A stretch of 64,000 nt of DNA. Origin: Streptosporangiaceae bacterium. Its GTDB lineage: Bacteria; Actinomycetota; Actinomycetes; Streptosporangiales; Streptosporangiaceae. A model generated the notes under the pieces. That model was given only the letters and a program-made list of their open reading frames with translations. It was not told the origin of the DNA and ran no database searches. The stretch covers positions 42,745-106,744 of the forward strand of contig DASYAT010000066.1 of assembly GCA_036501205.1 (NCBI GenBank), read 5' to 3'. Both the position numbers and the translations under genes were made by a program. The number at the start of each line of letters is the position of its first letter. The stretch's first letter is position 1. Shown here in pieces: positions 19,213 to 27,657 of the stretch.

Positions 19213-20538
19213 TTACTGGATCCCATCCTTGGTGCACAGAGTCGCACCCGCGATCGCGCAGATGGCCGAAGCGGGGTCGAAGCCGTCCTTGACGACCGTC
19301 GACTCCATGTTGGCCTCGTTCACCCACACCGGGGTCAGCAGGGACGCCGGCTCGGTGACGCTGGAGTCGGCCGGGTCAACGGTCTTCGCGTTCAGCAGGT
19401 CCGCCGGCGGCTTGTCGCCCGCCAGCAGGATCGTGGCCAGAGACACGGCGTCCTGTGCCTCCTTGTAAACGGCCTTGTAGACGGAACCGCACTGGTAACC
19501 CTCAAGGATCCAGGCCATGCCCTGAGCCGTGGCGTCCTGGCCGGTGGTCGGCACCTTGAAGGGCTTGATTCCGTCACCCTTGAGGTCGGTGATCACCGCA
19601 TTGGCGAGCCCGTCGTTGGCCTCGATGGTGGCGTTGATCGTCTTGTGAGCGGTGAATTCCTGCTGGAAGATGGTGCCGCCCTTGGTGTTGTCCCAGCCGG
19701 GGGCGAAGTTCTCGCCTACCAGCTTGGCACCGGTACTGCTGGTCGCGCCGGCGTTGACCGACTTGGCTTCCTGACCCCAGACAACCTTGTTGTAACCCTC
19801 GGCAAACGAGATGGCGTTGGGGTCGGTGTCCTCGCCGCCATTCAGGACGAAGACCTGAGGCTTGGAGACCTTCCATGACGACAGGCAGGTATTGAAGCCC
19901 TGGCCGATCAGCTCGCCAACGAGTTCGTTGTTGAAGCTGACGTAGTAGGTGCTGGAGCCCTCGAAGATGGCGCGGTCGTAGGCGATCACGGTGACGCCCT
20001 TGGACTCGGCCAGCTTCGCGATCGCTACGCCGGTGGGGCCATCAAGCGGGGTCACGAGGAGGATCTTCGCACCCAGGTTGATGTCGGCGGTGGCGTCGTC
20101 GAGCTCGGTCGCGTCGCTGCCCTGCGCGTTGTCGATGCGGTACTGCGCCTGCGTGTATCCGGCGTCGGCAAAGGCGTCGTTCAGGTACGGCTGGTCGAAA
20201 TCAACCCACCGCGTCGACGACGTCGTGTCGGGCAGGATCACTCCCACCTGCAGGCTGTTGTCACCCTTGGTTGCGAACTCCGTCAGCGGCTTGAACTGTG
20301 ACATCGTCGACGCGATGTCAACGGAAAATGAGCTGATGCCCAAGCCCGCCGGAACCTTGTTCGAACCCTTTGCCGCCGATCCCGACCCCGTTCCCGACGA
20401 CGAGTTCGACGAGCACGCCGCGGCCACTAGGCACACAGTCGCAGCCAGGCCAACCCAGCCCACTGCGCGGAAGCGACGAGACGTGCCGTGGCCGTGCGAA
20501 CGGGAGGGCTGACCTCCACTTCTGTTACTCAGTCCCAT
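19213..20538 (-). CDS. sugar ABC transporter substrate-binding lipoprotein (periplasmic-binding-protein type I, monosaccharide class)
   Basis: Lipobox LVAAAC, then ..GVILPDTTSSTRWVDFDQPYL..VTVIAYDRAI.., typical of XylF/ChvE-like binding proteins. Confidence 0.85.
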   Translation of the reverse strand: MGLSNRSGGQPSRSHGHGTSRRFRAVGWVGLAATVCLVAAACSSNSSSGTGSGSAAKGSNKVPAGLGISSFSVDIASTMSQFKPLTEFATKGDNSLQVGVILPDTTSSTRWVDFDQPYLNDAFADAGYTQAQYRIDNAQGSDATELDDATADINLGAKILLVTPLDGPTGVAIAKLAESKGVTVIAYDRAIFEGSSTYYVSFNNELVGELIGQGFNTCLSSWKVSKPQVFVLNGGEDTDPNAISFAEGYNKVVWGQEAKSVNAGATSSTGAKLVGENFAPGWDNTKGGTIFQQEFTAHKTINATIEANDGLANAVITDLKGDGIKPFKVPTTGQDATAQGMAWILEGYQCGSVYKAVYKEAQDAVSLATILLAGDKPPADLLNAKTVDPADSSVTEPASLLTPVWVNEANMESTVVKDGFDPASAICAIAGATLCTKDGIQ

Positions 20539-20644
20539 CTGATCACCTCAGTTAACGTGCTTGACTCCGCAGCCCGTGTCTGCGAGAGCCAAGCGTTCAC
20601 CCTGCTTGGCAGGTCAAACCCTAGGACTTAGCACGGAAACACGG

Positions 20645-20682
20645 CGTTAACGTTTGCCTGGCCCCGTTAATAAACCGTTAAC
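20645..20682. promoter_or_regulatory. CGTTAA(C/T) repeat cluster in the transporter promoter region (candidate response-regulator sites)
   Basis: CGTTAAC at 20645, CGTTAAT at 20665 and CGTTAAC at 20676 (spacings 20 and 11 nt). A further GTTAAC at 20551-20556 is next to the RBS of the binding-protein gene. Confidence 0.3.
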
Positions 20683-20750
20683 ATGCAAGGTCCGATTAGT
20701 CCGGTATAGGATAACTGACCCAGGCCGCGCAGAGAGCCGAAGAGGCCCAG

Positions 20751-21455
20751 CTAGTCAGATGCCAGCCGGTAGCCAGCTCGTGGCTGGGTCAGGATCAGCG
20801 GCGGTCCGCCATCATCTTCGAGCTTGGCGCGCAGCCTGCGCACGTAGACGCGGACGTACTCAGTCTCCGTCTCGTAGCCGTGACCCCATACCCGGCGCAA
20901 CAGGTGCGCGTGGGTCAGGAGCTTGCCCCGGTTCGTGACGAGCTCTCTCAGCAGCGCGAACTCAGTCGGCGTCAGGTGCACCCGTTCGCTTTGCCTGAAC
21001 ACCTCCTCCTTGGCCAGGTCGATCCGCAGTTCGCCGATCACGATCAGCTGCGGCGGCATGTCGCTCGGCGCCTGCGGCCTGGTGCGGCGCAGCGTGGCGC
21101 TGATCCTGGCGAGCAGTTCTTCGATGCTGAACGGCTTGGTCATGTAGTCGTCCGCGCCCATATTGAGCGCCGTCACCTTGTCACGCTCGCCGCCCCGGGC
21201 CGACACGACGATGATCGCGACGCCTGACCGCTCGCGCATCTGCCTGCACAGCTCGAAGCCGTCAACCTCGGGCAGCATCAAATCGAGCAGCACGATGTCG
21301 GGCGCTTCGGTGTCCAGCAGTTGCAGCGCGCGTGATCCGTCGGCGGAGACCACGGTGTCGAATCCGCGCACGGCCAGGTTGGACCTGATGAGGTCGACGA
21401 TGTTCAGATCGTCTTCGACTACGAGCGCGCGTGTCCTAGCGACGTGCTCGGCCAC
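20751..21455 (-). CDS. OmpR-family response regulator
   Basis: Receiver domain (..ALVVEDD..VLLDLMLPEVDG..ADDYMTKPF..) plus a winged-helix C-terminus (..VHLTPTEFALLREL..GYRL). The GTG start overlaps the end of the kinase ORF by 20 nt, with GGAGGAGG upstream. Confidence 0.9.
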   Translation of the reverse strand: MAEHVARTRALVVEDDLNIVDLIRSNLAVRGFDTVVSADGSRALQLLDTEAPDIVLLDLMLPEVDGFELCRQMRERSGVAIIVVSARGGERDKVTALNMGADDYMTKPFSIEELLARISATLRRTRPQAPSDMPPQLIVIGELRIDLAKEEVFRQSERVHLTPTEFALLRELVTNRGKLLTHAHLLRRVWGHGYETETEYVRVYVRRLRAKLEDDGGPPLILTQPRAGYRLASD

Positions 21456-23916
21456 GCTCGACCGCCTCCTCCTCGATTGGCAGCGTGACGGCGAAGCTCG
21501 CTCCCGCCGCTGATGGCTTCACCTCGAGTCGGCCGCCGTGCGCGGTCACGATACCGCGCGTGATCGACAAGCCGAGACCTGCGCCTCCGGTCTTGCTGCG
21601 GCGCAACCGCCTCGGTTCGAAGGGCGCGACGGCGACGTCGGCCGGCAAGCCGACCCCCTCGTCGGCGACCGTGATCGACACCTGAGCGCGTCGGGCCGGC
21701 TCGGCCCGCACGACGACCTCGGTACCGGGCGGGTTATGGCCGATGGCGTTCGCTAGCAGGTTAACGAACACCTGCTCAAGCCGGTCGTGGTCGGCCCAGA
21801 TCACCGGCAGGTCAGGCGCGCAGTCGATCTGCACCATGTGCCTTCCGTCCGGCGGCAGGCACGCCGCCGCCGCTTCCAGTACCAGCTTGATATCGCACCA
21901 GTCAGGCTGCAGCCGCAGGATGCCGAGTTCGATGGCGGAGAAATCGAGCAGGTCGTCAACAAGCCGGCCAAGCCGGGCCGACTCGGCCGCGATCCTGGTC
22001 AGGAAACGGTGCTGCGATTCGGCATCCCAGGTGACATCGGGCTGCAGCAGGCTGGAGGCGTAACCGCGGATAGCCGTCAGCGGCGTTCGCAGCTCGTGGC
22101 TGAGCCTGGACAAGAAGTCCCGCTGCAGCTCCTGTGACCGGCGCAGCGCCGTCGCTTCCTGCTGCGCGAGTGCGGTCTGCTCGCGTTCGAGCGCCAGCCT
22201 GAGCGAGTGGGCGGCGTCTTCGACCAGGACAGTTGCCGCCGCGGTCGGCGGTTCTGTACGCCAGCTGGCGAGCAGCGCGCTCCGCCCGCCGGCTGCGGTG
22301 AAGGTCACGGCGAGATTCTGCCGACCGTCATCGCAGCTGACCCATTGAGCCGTGCCGTGCTCCGCCCCGTCTGTCGCCGGCGGCGAGATCAGCCGGGCCG
22401 CACAGAGTTCGACCGCTTCCGCCCGGCCAGGACCGGCTGGCGAGGCGCTGCCGCGACATTGCGGTTCACCCCCGTCCGGGCAGGTCATCAACGTCACCTC
22501 GGAGGCCTGCAGCCCGCGGCACAGTGATTGAAGTGCCAGCGGTATCCCTTCGCTGACCGGGATGGGACCGGCCAGTATCTCGAGCACCTCCCTGATCGTC
22601 TCAAGCACCCGGTTGCGCTCGGTGACCTCGTTGAGCAACTGGTCTCGCTCGATCGCGCTCGCCGCATAGCCGGCGTAGACGGTAACCAGCTCAAGCTGGT
22701 CGCGCTCGGGCCGACCTGGCGTGGCACCGAACCCGGTGATGACGCCGGCCAGCCCGTCCCTCGTCAGCACGGGCACCGACCAGGAGCTCGCGATCCCGGT
22801 AACGGCCGCCAGCCCATTGATCAGCTTCCAGTCAGCCTGCGCGTTCTCGGCTATCACGGTCCGCTCGGTCGCGGCGGCCAGGCCAGCCGGACCGCCGCTG
22901 CTGCCGATCGGCAGCCTTTCCAGGCGGCTAAGCAGTGCGTCGGGCAGCCCAAGCGATGCCGCGCAGGCCAGCTCGCCGCCGACCGCGAGGTGCATGCACA
23001 ACCGCTCGGATCCAAGCGCCGCGCCCAGCGCGGACAAGATCAGCGACAGGCTCGACGACGGATCGGCCGACACCAGCTTGCCGGTCAGGCCGTGCAACCT
23101 GGTGAGCTGGCGTCGGGCCGAGGAGTCGACTTCCTGACCGGATAGCAGCGCTATGACCTCGTCAGGGTGGACCGCCGCCGGGCTGACCTCAGCCACGATC
23201 TGGCCGTGCCTGAGTATCACTATCCGGCTGGCCATCCGGAACATCAGGTCAAGATCGTGAGTTGCGATCACCACCGTGGTCTGGTTCCGCACCTCAGCGA
23301 TGAGTTCCTCGAACTGAATTGCGTGCTTGATGCTGAGCGATTTCGTCGGCTCGTCGAGCAGCAGCAGCGGTGGCCGGTCGGCCAACGCTCTGGCGATCGC
23401 CACGAGCTGGCGCTGCCCACCGGACAGTGACCGAATGCTGCGGGTAGTGTCAGTCAGCGGAATTCCGAGCCCGGACAGGACGGCCGACGCATCGGCGTGC
23501 AGCTTGACTTCGGAAAGCAGCTGGCGGCGACGCTCACGACCCAGCATCAAGTTCGATGCGATGTCGAGGTTGTCGCAGAGCGACAGGTCCTGCCAGACCA
23601 CGCCGACGCCGCACCTCGCGACCGCGAGCGGATCAGCGGGCAGCGGCCGGCCGCGAAATAGAATCTCACCGCGCGAGGGCTTGATGTCGCCGCCGAGCGT
23701 ACGCAGCAGGGTCGTCTTACCGACGCCGCTCTCCCCCGCCAGCGCGACGACCTCGCCCGGCATGATCTTGAGATCTACTCCGTCCAGCGCGCGCACCGAT
23801 CCGAAGCTGACGCCCAGGCGTGACACCGTAACGAGAGGCTCAGCGGGCGTCCGGTCCGCCAGCTCGGTCGGCGGAACATTTGCCAGCGCCAAGTCAGGCA
23901 ATGCGGTCATACCCAC
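21436..23916 (-). CDS. fusion protein: ABC-type ATPase domain - GAF region(s) - histidine kinase (HisKA + HATPase_c)
   Basis: One uninterrupted 826-codon ORF. NBD motifs: GESGVGKTT, LSGGQRQLVAIARAL, LLLLDEPT, ATHD. Then a GAF-like segment (..SLSLILSALGAALGSERLCMHLA..SWSVPVL..GVITGF..). Then the H-box SHELRTPLTAIRGY, the N-box NLLANAIGHN, and the G-boxes DEGVGLP and GGAGLGLSI. I saw no transmembrane segment. Confidence 0.8.
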   Translation of the reverse strand: MGMTALPDLALANVPPTELADRTPAEPLVTVSRLGVSFGSVRALDGVDLKIMPGEVVALAGESGVGKTTLLRTLGGDIKPSRGEILFRGRPLPADPLAVARCGVGVVWQDLSLCDNLDIASNLMLGRERRRQLLSEVKLHADASAVLSGLGIPLTDTTRSIRSLSGGQRQLVAIARALADRPPLLLLDEPTKSLSIKHAIQFEELIAEVRNQTTVVIATHDLDLMFRMASRIVILRHGQIVAEVSPAAVHPDEVIALLSGQEVDSSARRQLTRLHGLTGKLVSADPSSSLSLILSALGAALGSERLCMHLAVGGELACAASLGLPDALLSRLERLPIGSSGGPAGLAAATERTVIAENAQADWKLINGLAAVTGIASSWSVPVLTRDGLAGVITGFGATPGRPERDQLELVTVYAGYAASAIERDQLLNEVTERNRVLETIREVLEILAGPIPVSEGIPLALQSLCRGLQASEVTLMTCPDGGEPQCRGSASPAGPGRAEAVELCAARLISPPATDGAEHGTAQWVSCDDGRQNLAVTFTAAGGRSALLASWRTEPPTAAATVLVEDAAHSLRLALEREQTALAQQEATALRRSQELQRDFLSRLSHELRTPLTAIRGYASSLLQPDVTWDAESQHRFLTRIAAESARLGRLVDDLLDFSAIELGILRLQPDWCDIKLVLEAAAACLPPDGRHMVQIDCAPDLPVIWADHDRLEQVFVNLLANAIGHNPPGTEVVVRAEPARRAQVSITVADEGVGLPADVAVAPFEPRRLRRSKTGGAGLGLSITRGIVTAHGGRLEVKPSAAGASFAVTLPIEEEAVERGRARR

Positions 23917-23987
23917 ATTGTGCTACCTATCCCAAGGTCAGCGACCAGACCCGCCATCCCCAAGCAGCCAGACCAGCCCAACCGTAA

Positions 23988-24257
23988 GGAACCAGACCCA
24001 CCCCAACAACATTCAGCGCCCAAGCGCCGACAGCGGCCTCCGAGGCCCGGAAAGGAACCGGACCACCCCAAACAACATTCAGCACCCGAACCCGGCAGGG
24101 ACTCCGAGGATCGGAAAGGAACCAGACCCACCCCAACAACATTCGGCGCCCAAGCGCCGGCAGCGGCCTCCGGAAATCGGAACGGAACCGGACCCACCCC
24201 AAACTACATTCGGCGCCCAAGCGCCGGCGGGGGGCTCCGGGGGGTCGTCCCCCCGCG
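23988..24257. repeat. four tandem ~65-bp repeats (MIRU/VNTR-like) between ung and the kinase gene
   Basis: Units start at 23988, 24054, 24118 and 24184. Each begins GGAACC(A/G)GACC(C)ACCCCAA(A)C(A/T)ACATTC(A/G)GC. Three contain the mini-hairpin GGCGCCCAAGCGCC. The last unit ends in the GGGGGGTCGTCCCCCC hairpin. Confidence 0.85.
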
Positions 24258-24266
24258 ACAAAAAAA

Positions 24267-24944
24267 TCAGGGCAGCTTCCAGTCCACTTCGGTGCCGCCA
24301 ACTCGCTCCAGGGCGGTGCTGGCCTGGCTGAACGGCCGGGAGCCGAAGAAGCCGGAGTCGGCCGACATAGGGCTCGGGTGCGCCGATTCGATCCGCGGAA
24401 TGTCGCCGAGCAGGGGCGCAAGATTGCGGGCGTCCCGGCCCCACAAGATCGCTACCAGCGGGCCCTGGCGGGCCGCGAGGGCCTTGATCGCCTGCTCGGT
24501 CACCGCTTCCCAGCCCTTGCCTCGATGCGAGCCTGGCTTGCCCGGCTGCACGGTCAGCACCCGGTTGAGCATCAGCACGCCCCGCTCGGTCCACGGGGTG
24601 AGGTCACCATTTGATGGTGTCGGATGGCCGAGATCCGCGGTGTACTCGCGGAAGATGTTCTGCAAGCTGCGCGGTACGGGCCGCACGTCCGGCGCGACCG
24701 AGAAGCTCAGCCCGACCGGATGCCCTGGCGTCGGGTACGGGTCCTGGCCGACGATCAGGACCCGGACGTCATCGAACGGCTGCTTGAAAGCGCGCAGCAC
24801 ATTCTCGCCGGAGGGCAGGTACGCCCGGCCGGCCGCAATCTCGGCCCGCAGGAAATCACCCGCCTCGGCGATCTTGCCGGCCACCGGCTCGAGCGCTCGC
24901 GCCCAGCCTGGATCGATGATTTCTTCGAGCGGGCGTCGGGTCAC
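24267..24944 (-). CDS. ung: uracil-DNA glycosylase (family 1)
   Basis: ..[24 protein letters not shown].. and ..HPSPMS.. are canonical UNG motifs. Confidence 0.95.
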   Translation of the reverse strand: MTRRPLEEIIDPGWARALEPVAGKIAEAGDFLRAEIAAGRAYLPSGENVLRAFKQPFDDVRVLIVGQDPYPTPGHPVGLSFSVAPDVRPVPRSLQNIFREYTADLGHPTPSNGDLTPWTERGVLMLNRVLTVQPGKPGSHRGKGWEAVTEQAIKALAARQGPLVAILWGRDARNLAPLLGDIPRIESAHPSPMSADSGFFGSRPFSQASTALERVGGTEVDWKLP

Positions 24945-25005
24945 GGCAAATCACTGTAGTCCAATTCGTGCCTGCGGCACGGTCATCCGGACATGGAACC
25001 GATTG

Positions 25006-25045
25006 CTGCGGGGGATCCGGGGGGGTCGTCCCCCCGGGCCAGCAC
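25006..25045 (+). repeat. G/C hairpin element CTGCGGGGGATCCGGGGGGGTCGTCCCCCCGGGCCAGCAC (intergenic copy)
   Basis: Read directly. The 6-7 bp G:C stem has a TCGT loop. Flanks are shared with the copies at 61550-61591, 63940-63972 and 35255-35292 (reverse orientation). Confidence 0.75.
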
Positions 25046-25091
25046 TGCGCGAGGCGATCCGGGACATCGTCCCCGGCCGGCACCGCTCCGG

Positions 25092-26387
25092 CTAGCCGGA
25101 TACTTCTGCGATCCGCCTTCCAAGGAAGGCCCGCTCGGCCGGATTCTCGGTCAGCTCGTGCGCAGCCTGGTAGGCGCGCAGCGCCTCGGCCCGTCGCCCG
25201 AGTTGCCGCAGCAGGTCCGCCTTCGCGGCCGGGAGGTAGTGATAACCGTCCAGCCGCCCGTCCGCCTCAAGCCTGGCGAGATCGTCGAGCGCCGCCTGCG
25301 GCCCGCTGACCATGGAGGTCACCACGGCGCGGTTCAGCTCGACCACCGGTGACGGCCAGGCCACCAGCAACCGGTCGTACAGCATCAGCAACTGCGGCCA
25401 GTCCGTCGCCGCATAGCTCGGCGCCTCGCCGTGCACTGCCGCGATCGCGGCCTGCAGGGCGAACCGGCCAGGCCGGCCGCCGCAGCGCAGCGCCTCGGTC
25501 ACCAGTTTGGCGCCCTCGCCGATCTGGGCGGTGTCCCACTGCGACCGATCCTGCTGTTCGAGCAGCAGCAGGTTGCCCGCCGCGTCCGTCCTGGTGCGCC
25601 GCCGGGCGTCGGTGATCAGCATCAGCGCGAGCAGCCCGGCCGCCTCCGGCTCATCTGGCATCAGCTGCCTCAGCACCCTGGCCAGCGAGATCGCCCGGTC
25701 CACCAGGTCATCACGTACCAGCGCGGGCCCGCTCGGCGCGGTGTGACCGGTCGTGAACACCAGATGCATGACGGTCAGCACGGCATCGAGCCGGTCAGGC
25801 AGTTCGGCGACATCCGGTACCCGGTACGCGATCCTGGCCGCCGAGATCTTCTTCTTCGCCCGGGTGACCCTGGCGGCCATGGTCGGCTCAGTCACCAGGA
25901 ATGCCCGCGCGATGTCGCCGGTGGACAGTCCGCACACCAGCCGCAGCGTCAGCGCGACCTGAGCCTCCCTGGCCAGCGCCGGATGGCAGCAGGTGAAGAT
26001 CAGCCGCAACCGGTCATCGGCAATCCCGCTGTCATCACCCGTCTCGCCGACACCAGCCTCGCCAGCCTCCGGCTCGTCGAGCTGGTCAGGAACTAGCAGC
26101 GGCAGCTTCGACCGCAGGGTCCGGTCCCGGCGTAGGCCATCGAGGGCCCGGTGCCTGGCCGCAGTGGTCAGCCATGCCGCTGGGTTACGCGGCACGCCCT
26201 GCTTAGCCCAGGCATCGAGCGCGGCGACGTAGGCGTCCTGCACGCATTCCTCGGCCGCGTCCAGGTCACGGGTGATCCGGGCGGTCGCCGCGAGCACGAA
26301 ACCCCACTCGCGCCTGTGTGCCTCGGCGACGGCGGCGCGGATCGCGTTGCGATCGCGCGCCGACGCCGCCGTGCTGTCTGAGTTCAA
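25092..26387 (-). CDS. ECF-type RNA polymerase sigma factor with long C-terminal TPR-like extension (start uncertain)
   Basis: Sigma region 2 (..ECVQDAYVAALDAWAKQGVPRNPAAWLTT..) and region 4 (..GLSTGDIARAFLVTEPTMAARVTRAKKKI..) are followed by ~230 aa of extension. This type is typically paired with a YciI-family gene, as here. I favour the TTG start at 26387, just after the YciI stop; the track start is 26513. Confidence 0.8.
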   Translation of the reverse strand: MNSDSTAASARDRNAIRAAVAEAHRREWGFVLAATARITRDLDAAEECVQDAYVAALDAWAKQGVPRNPAAWLTTAARHRALDGLRRDRTLRSKLPLLVPDQLDEPEAGEAGVGETGDDSGIADDRLRLIFTCCHPALAREAQVALTLRLVCGLSTGDIARAFLVTEPTMAARVTRAKKKISAARIAYRVPDVAELPDRLDAVLTVMHLVFTTGHTAPSGPALVRDDLVDRAISLARVLRQLMPDEPEAAGLLALMLITDARRRTRTDAAGNLLLLEQQDRSQWDTAQIGEGAKLVTEALRCGGRPGRFALQAAIAAVHGEAPSYAATDWPQLLMLYDRLLVAWPSPVVELNRAVVTSMVSGPQAALDDLARLEADGRLDGYHYLPAAKADLLRQLGRRAEALRAYQAAHELTENPAERAFLGRRIAEVSG

Positions 26388-26409
26388 CGCAGGGCCACAA
26401 GCAAGCCAG

Positions 26410-26757
26410 TCACATACCCGAGGTGTCCATGATCGGACGGACCTCGACTCCGCCGAACCGAGCCGGGCAGAGCTTGGCGATCTCGATCGCGTGATCCAGA
26501 TCGCGAGCCTCAATCAGGTAGAAACCGCCGAGCGCTTCCTTGGTCTCAGCGAACGGGCCGTCGGTCACGACATCGGCCCTCACCGACGTCGCGGTCGCGG
26601 TCGGCTCGAGCGCGTCGCCACCGATGATCTTGCTGCCGTGCTCACCGACCTGCTGGGCGAACCGGGTGTGCGCCTCGCCGACTTCCTTCCAAACCTCCGG
26701 GCCGCCGTTCGCGTAGCCGCTCTCGGCCTCGTAAATCAAGATCGCGTACTGAGCCAT
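26410..26757 (-). CDS. YciI family protein
   Basis: MAQYAILIYE....DGPFAETKEALGGFYLIEARDLDHAIEIA.. is a typical YCII/DGPF domain. AAGGAG lies 7 nt before ATG 26757. Confidence 0.85.
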   Translation of the reverse strand: MAQYAILIYEAESGYANGGPEVWKEVGEAHTRFAQQVGEHGSKIIGGDALEPTATATSVRADVVTDGPFAETKEALGGFYLIEARDLDHAIEIAKLCPARFGGVEVRPIMDTSGM

Positions 26758-26861
26758 GATCATCTCCTTGAATTTCGGTTCTGTGCCCCCACGCCAGTTC
26801 CGACGAACGGGTTCGCCGCGATTCGACAACCCTCGCGGCGAATTTTCGCGGTCGTCAGGAA

Positions 26862-27533
26862 CTAGCCCGCAACGGCCGCCGCGCCGGCCTGTGCCCGCAA
26901 CTGCCTGATGGCCTTCACCGGGTCTTCGGAACCGAACACCGCCGTGCCGGCCACGAAAACGTCCGCGCCGGCCTCAGCGCAGCGTTCGATTGTCTCCTCG
27001 CTTACCCCGCCGTCGACCTGAAGCCAGATCTCACCGCCGTGCCTGGAAATCAGCTGGCGGGCCCTGGCTACCTTCGGCAGCACCAGGTCAAGGAAATGCT
27101 GCCCGCCGAACCCGGGCTCGACCGTCATCACCAGCAGCATGTCGACTTCACCGAGCAGGTCGGCGTAAGGCTCCACCGGCGTCGCCGGGTTAAACGCCAG
27201 CCCCGCCCGGGCGCCGGCCGACTTGATCATCCGCAGCGTCCTCACCGGCGCTGCCACCGCCTCGACGTGAACCGTCACATTCTGAACGCCCGCCTGCGCG
27301 TATTCCGGCGCCCAGTGATCGGGATCTGAGATCATCAGATGGCAGTCAAGCGGCACGCTTGTGTGCTTGAGAAGCGCGGTGACGACGGGCAGGCCGATCG
27401 TCAGATTCGGAACGAAATGCCCATCCATCACGTCGACGTGAAGCCAGTCAGCGACCTCGGCGACAGTGGCCACCTCTTCGGCAAGCCTGGCGTAGTCGGC
27501 GGCGAGGATGCTCGGCGCGATCTGAGTCGTCAT
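26862..27533 (-). CDS. rpe: ribulose-phosphate 3-epimerase
   Basis: ..[28 protein letters not shown].. is canonical. Confidence 0.95.
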   Translation of the reverse strand: MTTQIAPSILAADYARLAEEVATVAEVADWLHVDVMDGHFVPNLTIGLPVVTALLKHTSVPLDCHLMISDPDHWAPEYAQAGVQNVTVHVEAVAAPVRTLRMIKSAGARAGLAFNPATPVEPYADLLGEVDMLLVMTVEPGFGGQHFLDLVLPKVARARQLISRHGGEIWLQVDGGVSEETIERCAEAGADVFVAGTAVFGSEDPVKAIRQLRAQAGAAAVAG

Positions 27534-27657
27534 AACAAGCGAAGTCTACGATTGCGCGCACCCGCCTGTCCGCGCGCCTGCCCAGCCGGGCTCCTGCTCA
27601 ACCGCGCGCCTACTCACCACTGTCATACCCCTGCGCTACGTTCGCCCCAATGTTCGG

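Noticed and set aside
24239-24254. GGGGGGTCGTCCCCCC hairpin as the rho-independent terminator of ung.
   Set aside because: On the ung (minus) strand the T-run precedes the hairpin instead of following it. On the plus strand the hairpin is followed by A residues. Other copies of the hairpin lie inside coding regions.
23988-24257. Possible CRISPR array (regular repeats), also considered for the 21-nt repeats at 42486-42570 and 59008-59112.
   Set aside because: The units are contiguous tandem repeats with no unique spacers between them. No cas genes are nearby, and the unit lengths and periodicity do not fit a repeat-spacer architecture.
23920-25095. 391-aa plus-strand ORF.
   Set aside because: It reads through the 65-bp tandem repeats and then runs antisense to ung. 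The repeated peptide units simply reflect the DNA repeats.
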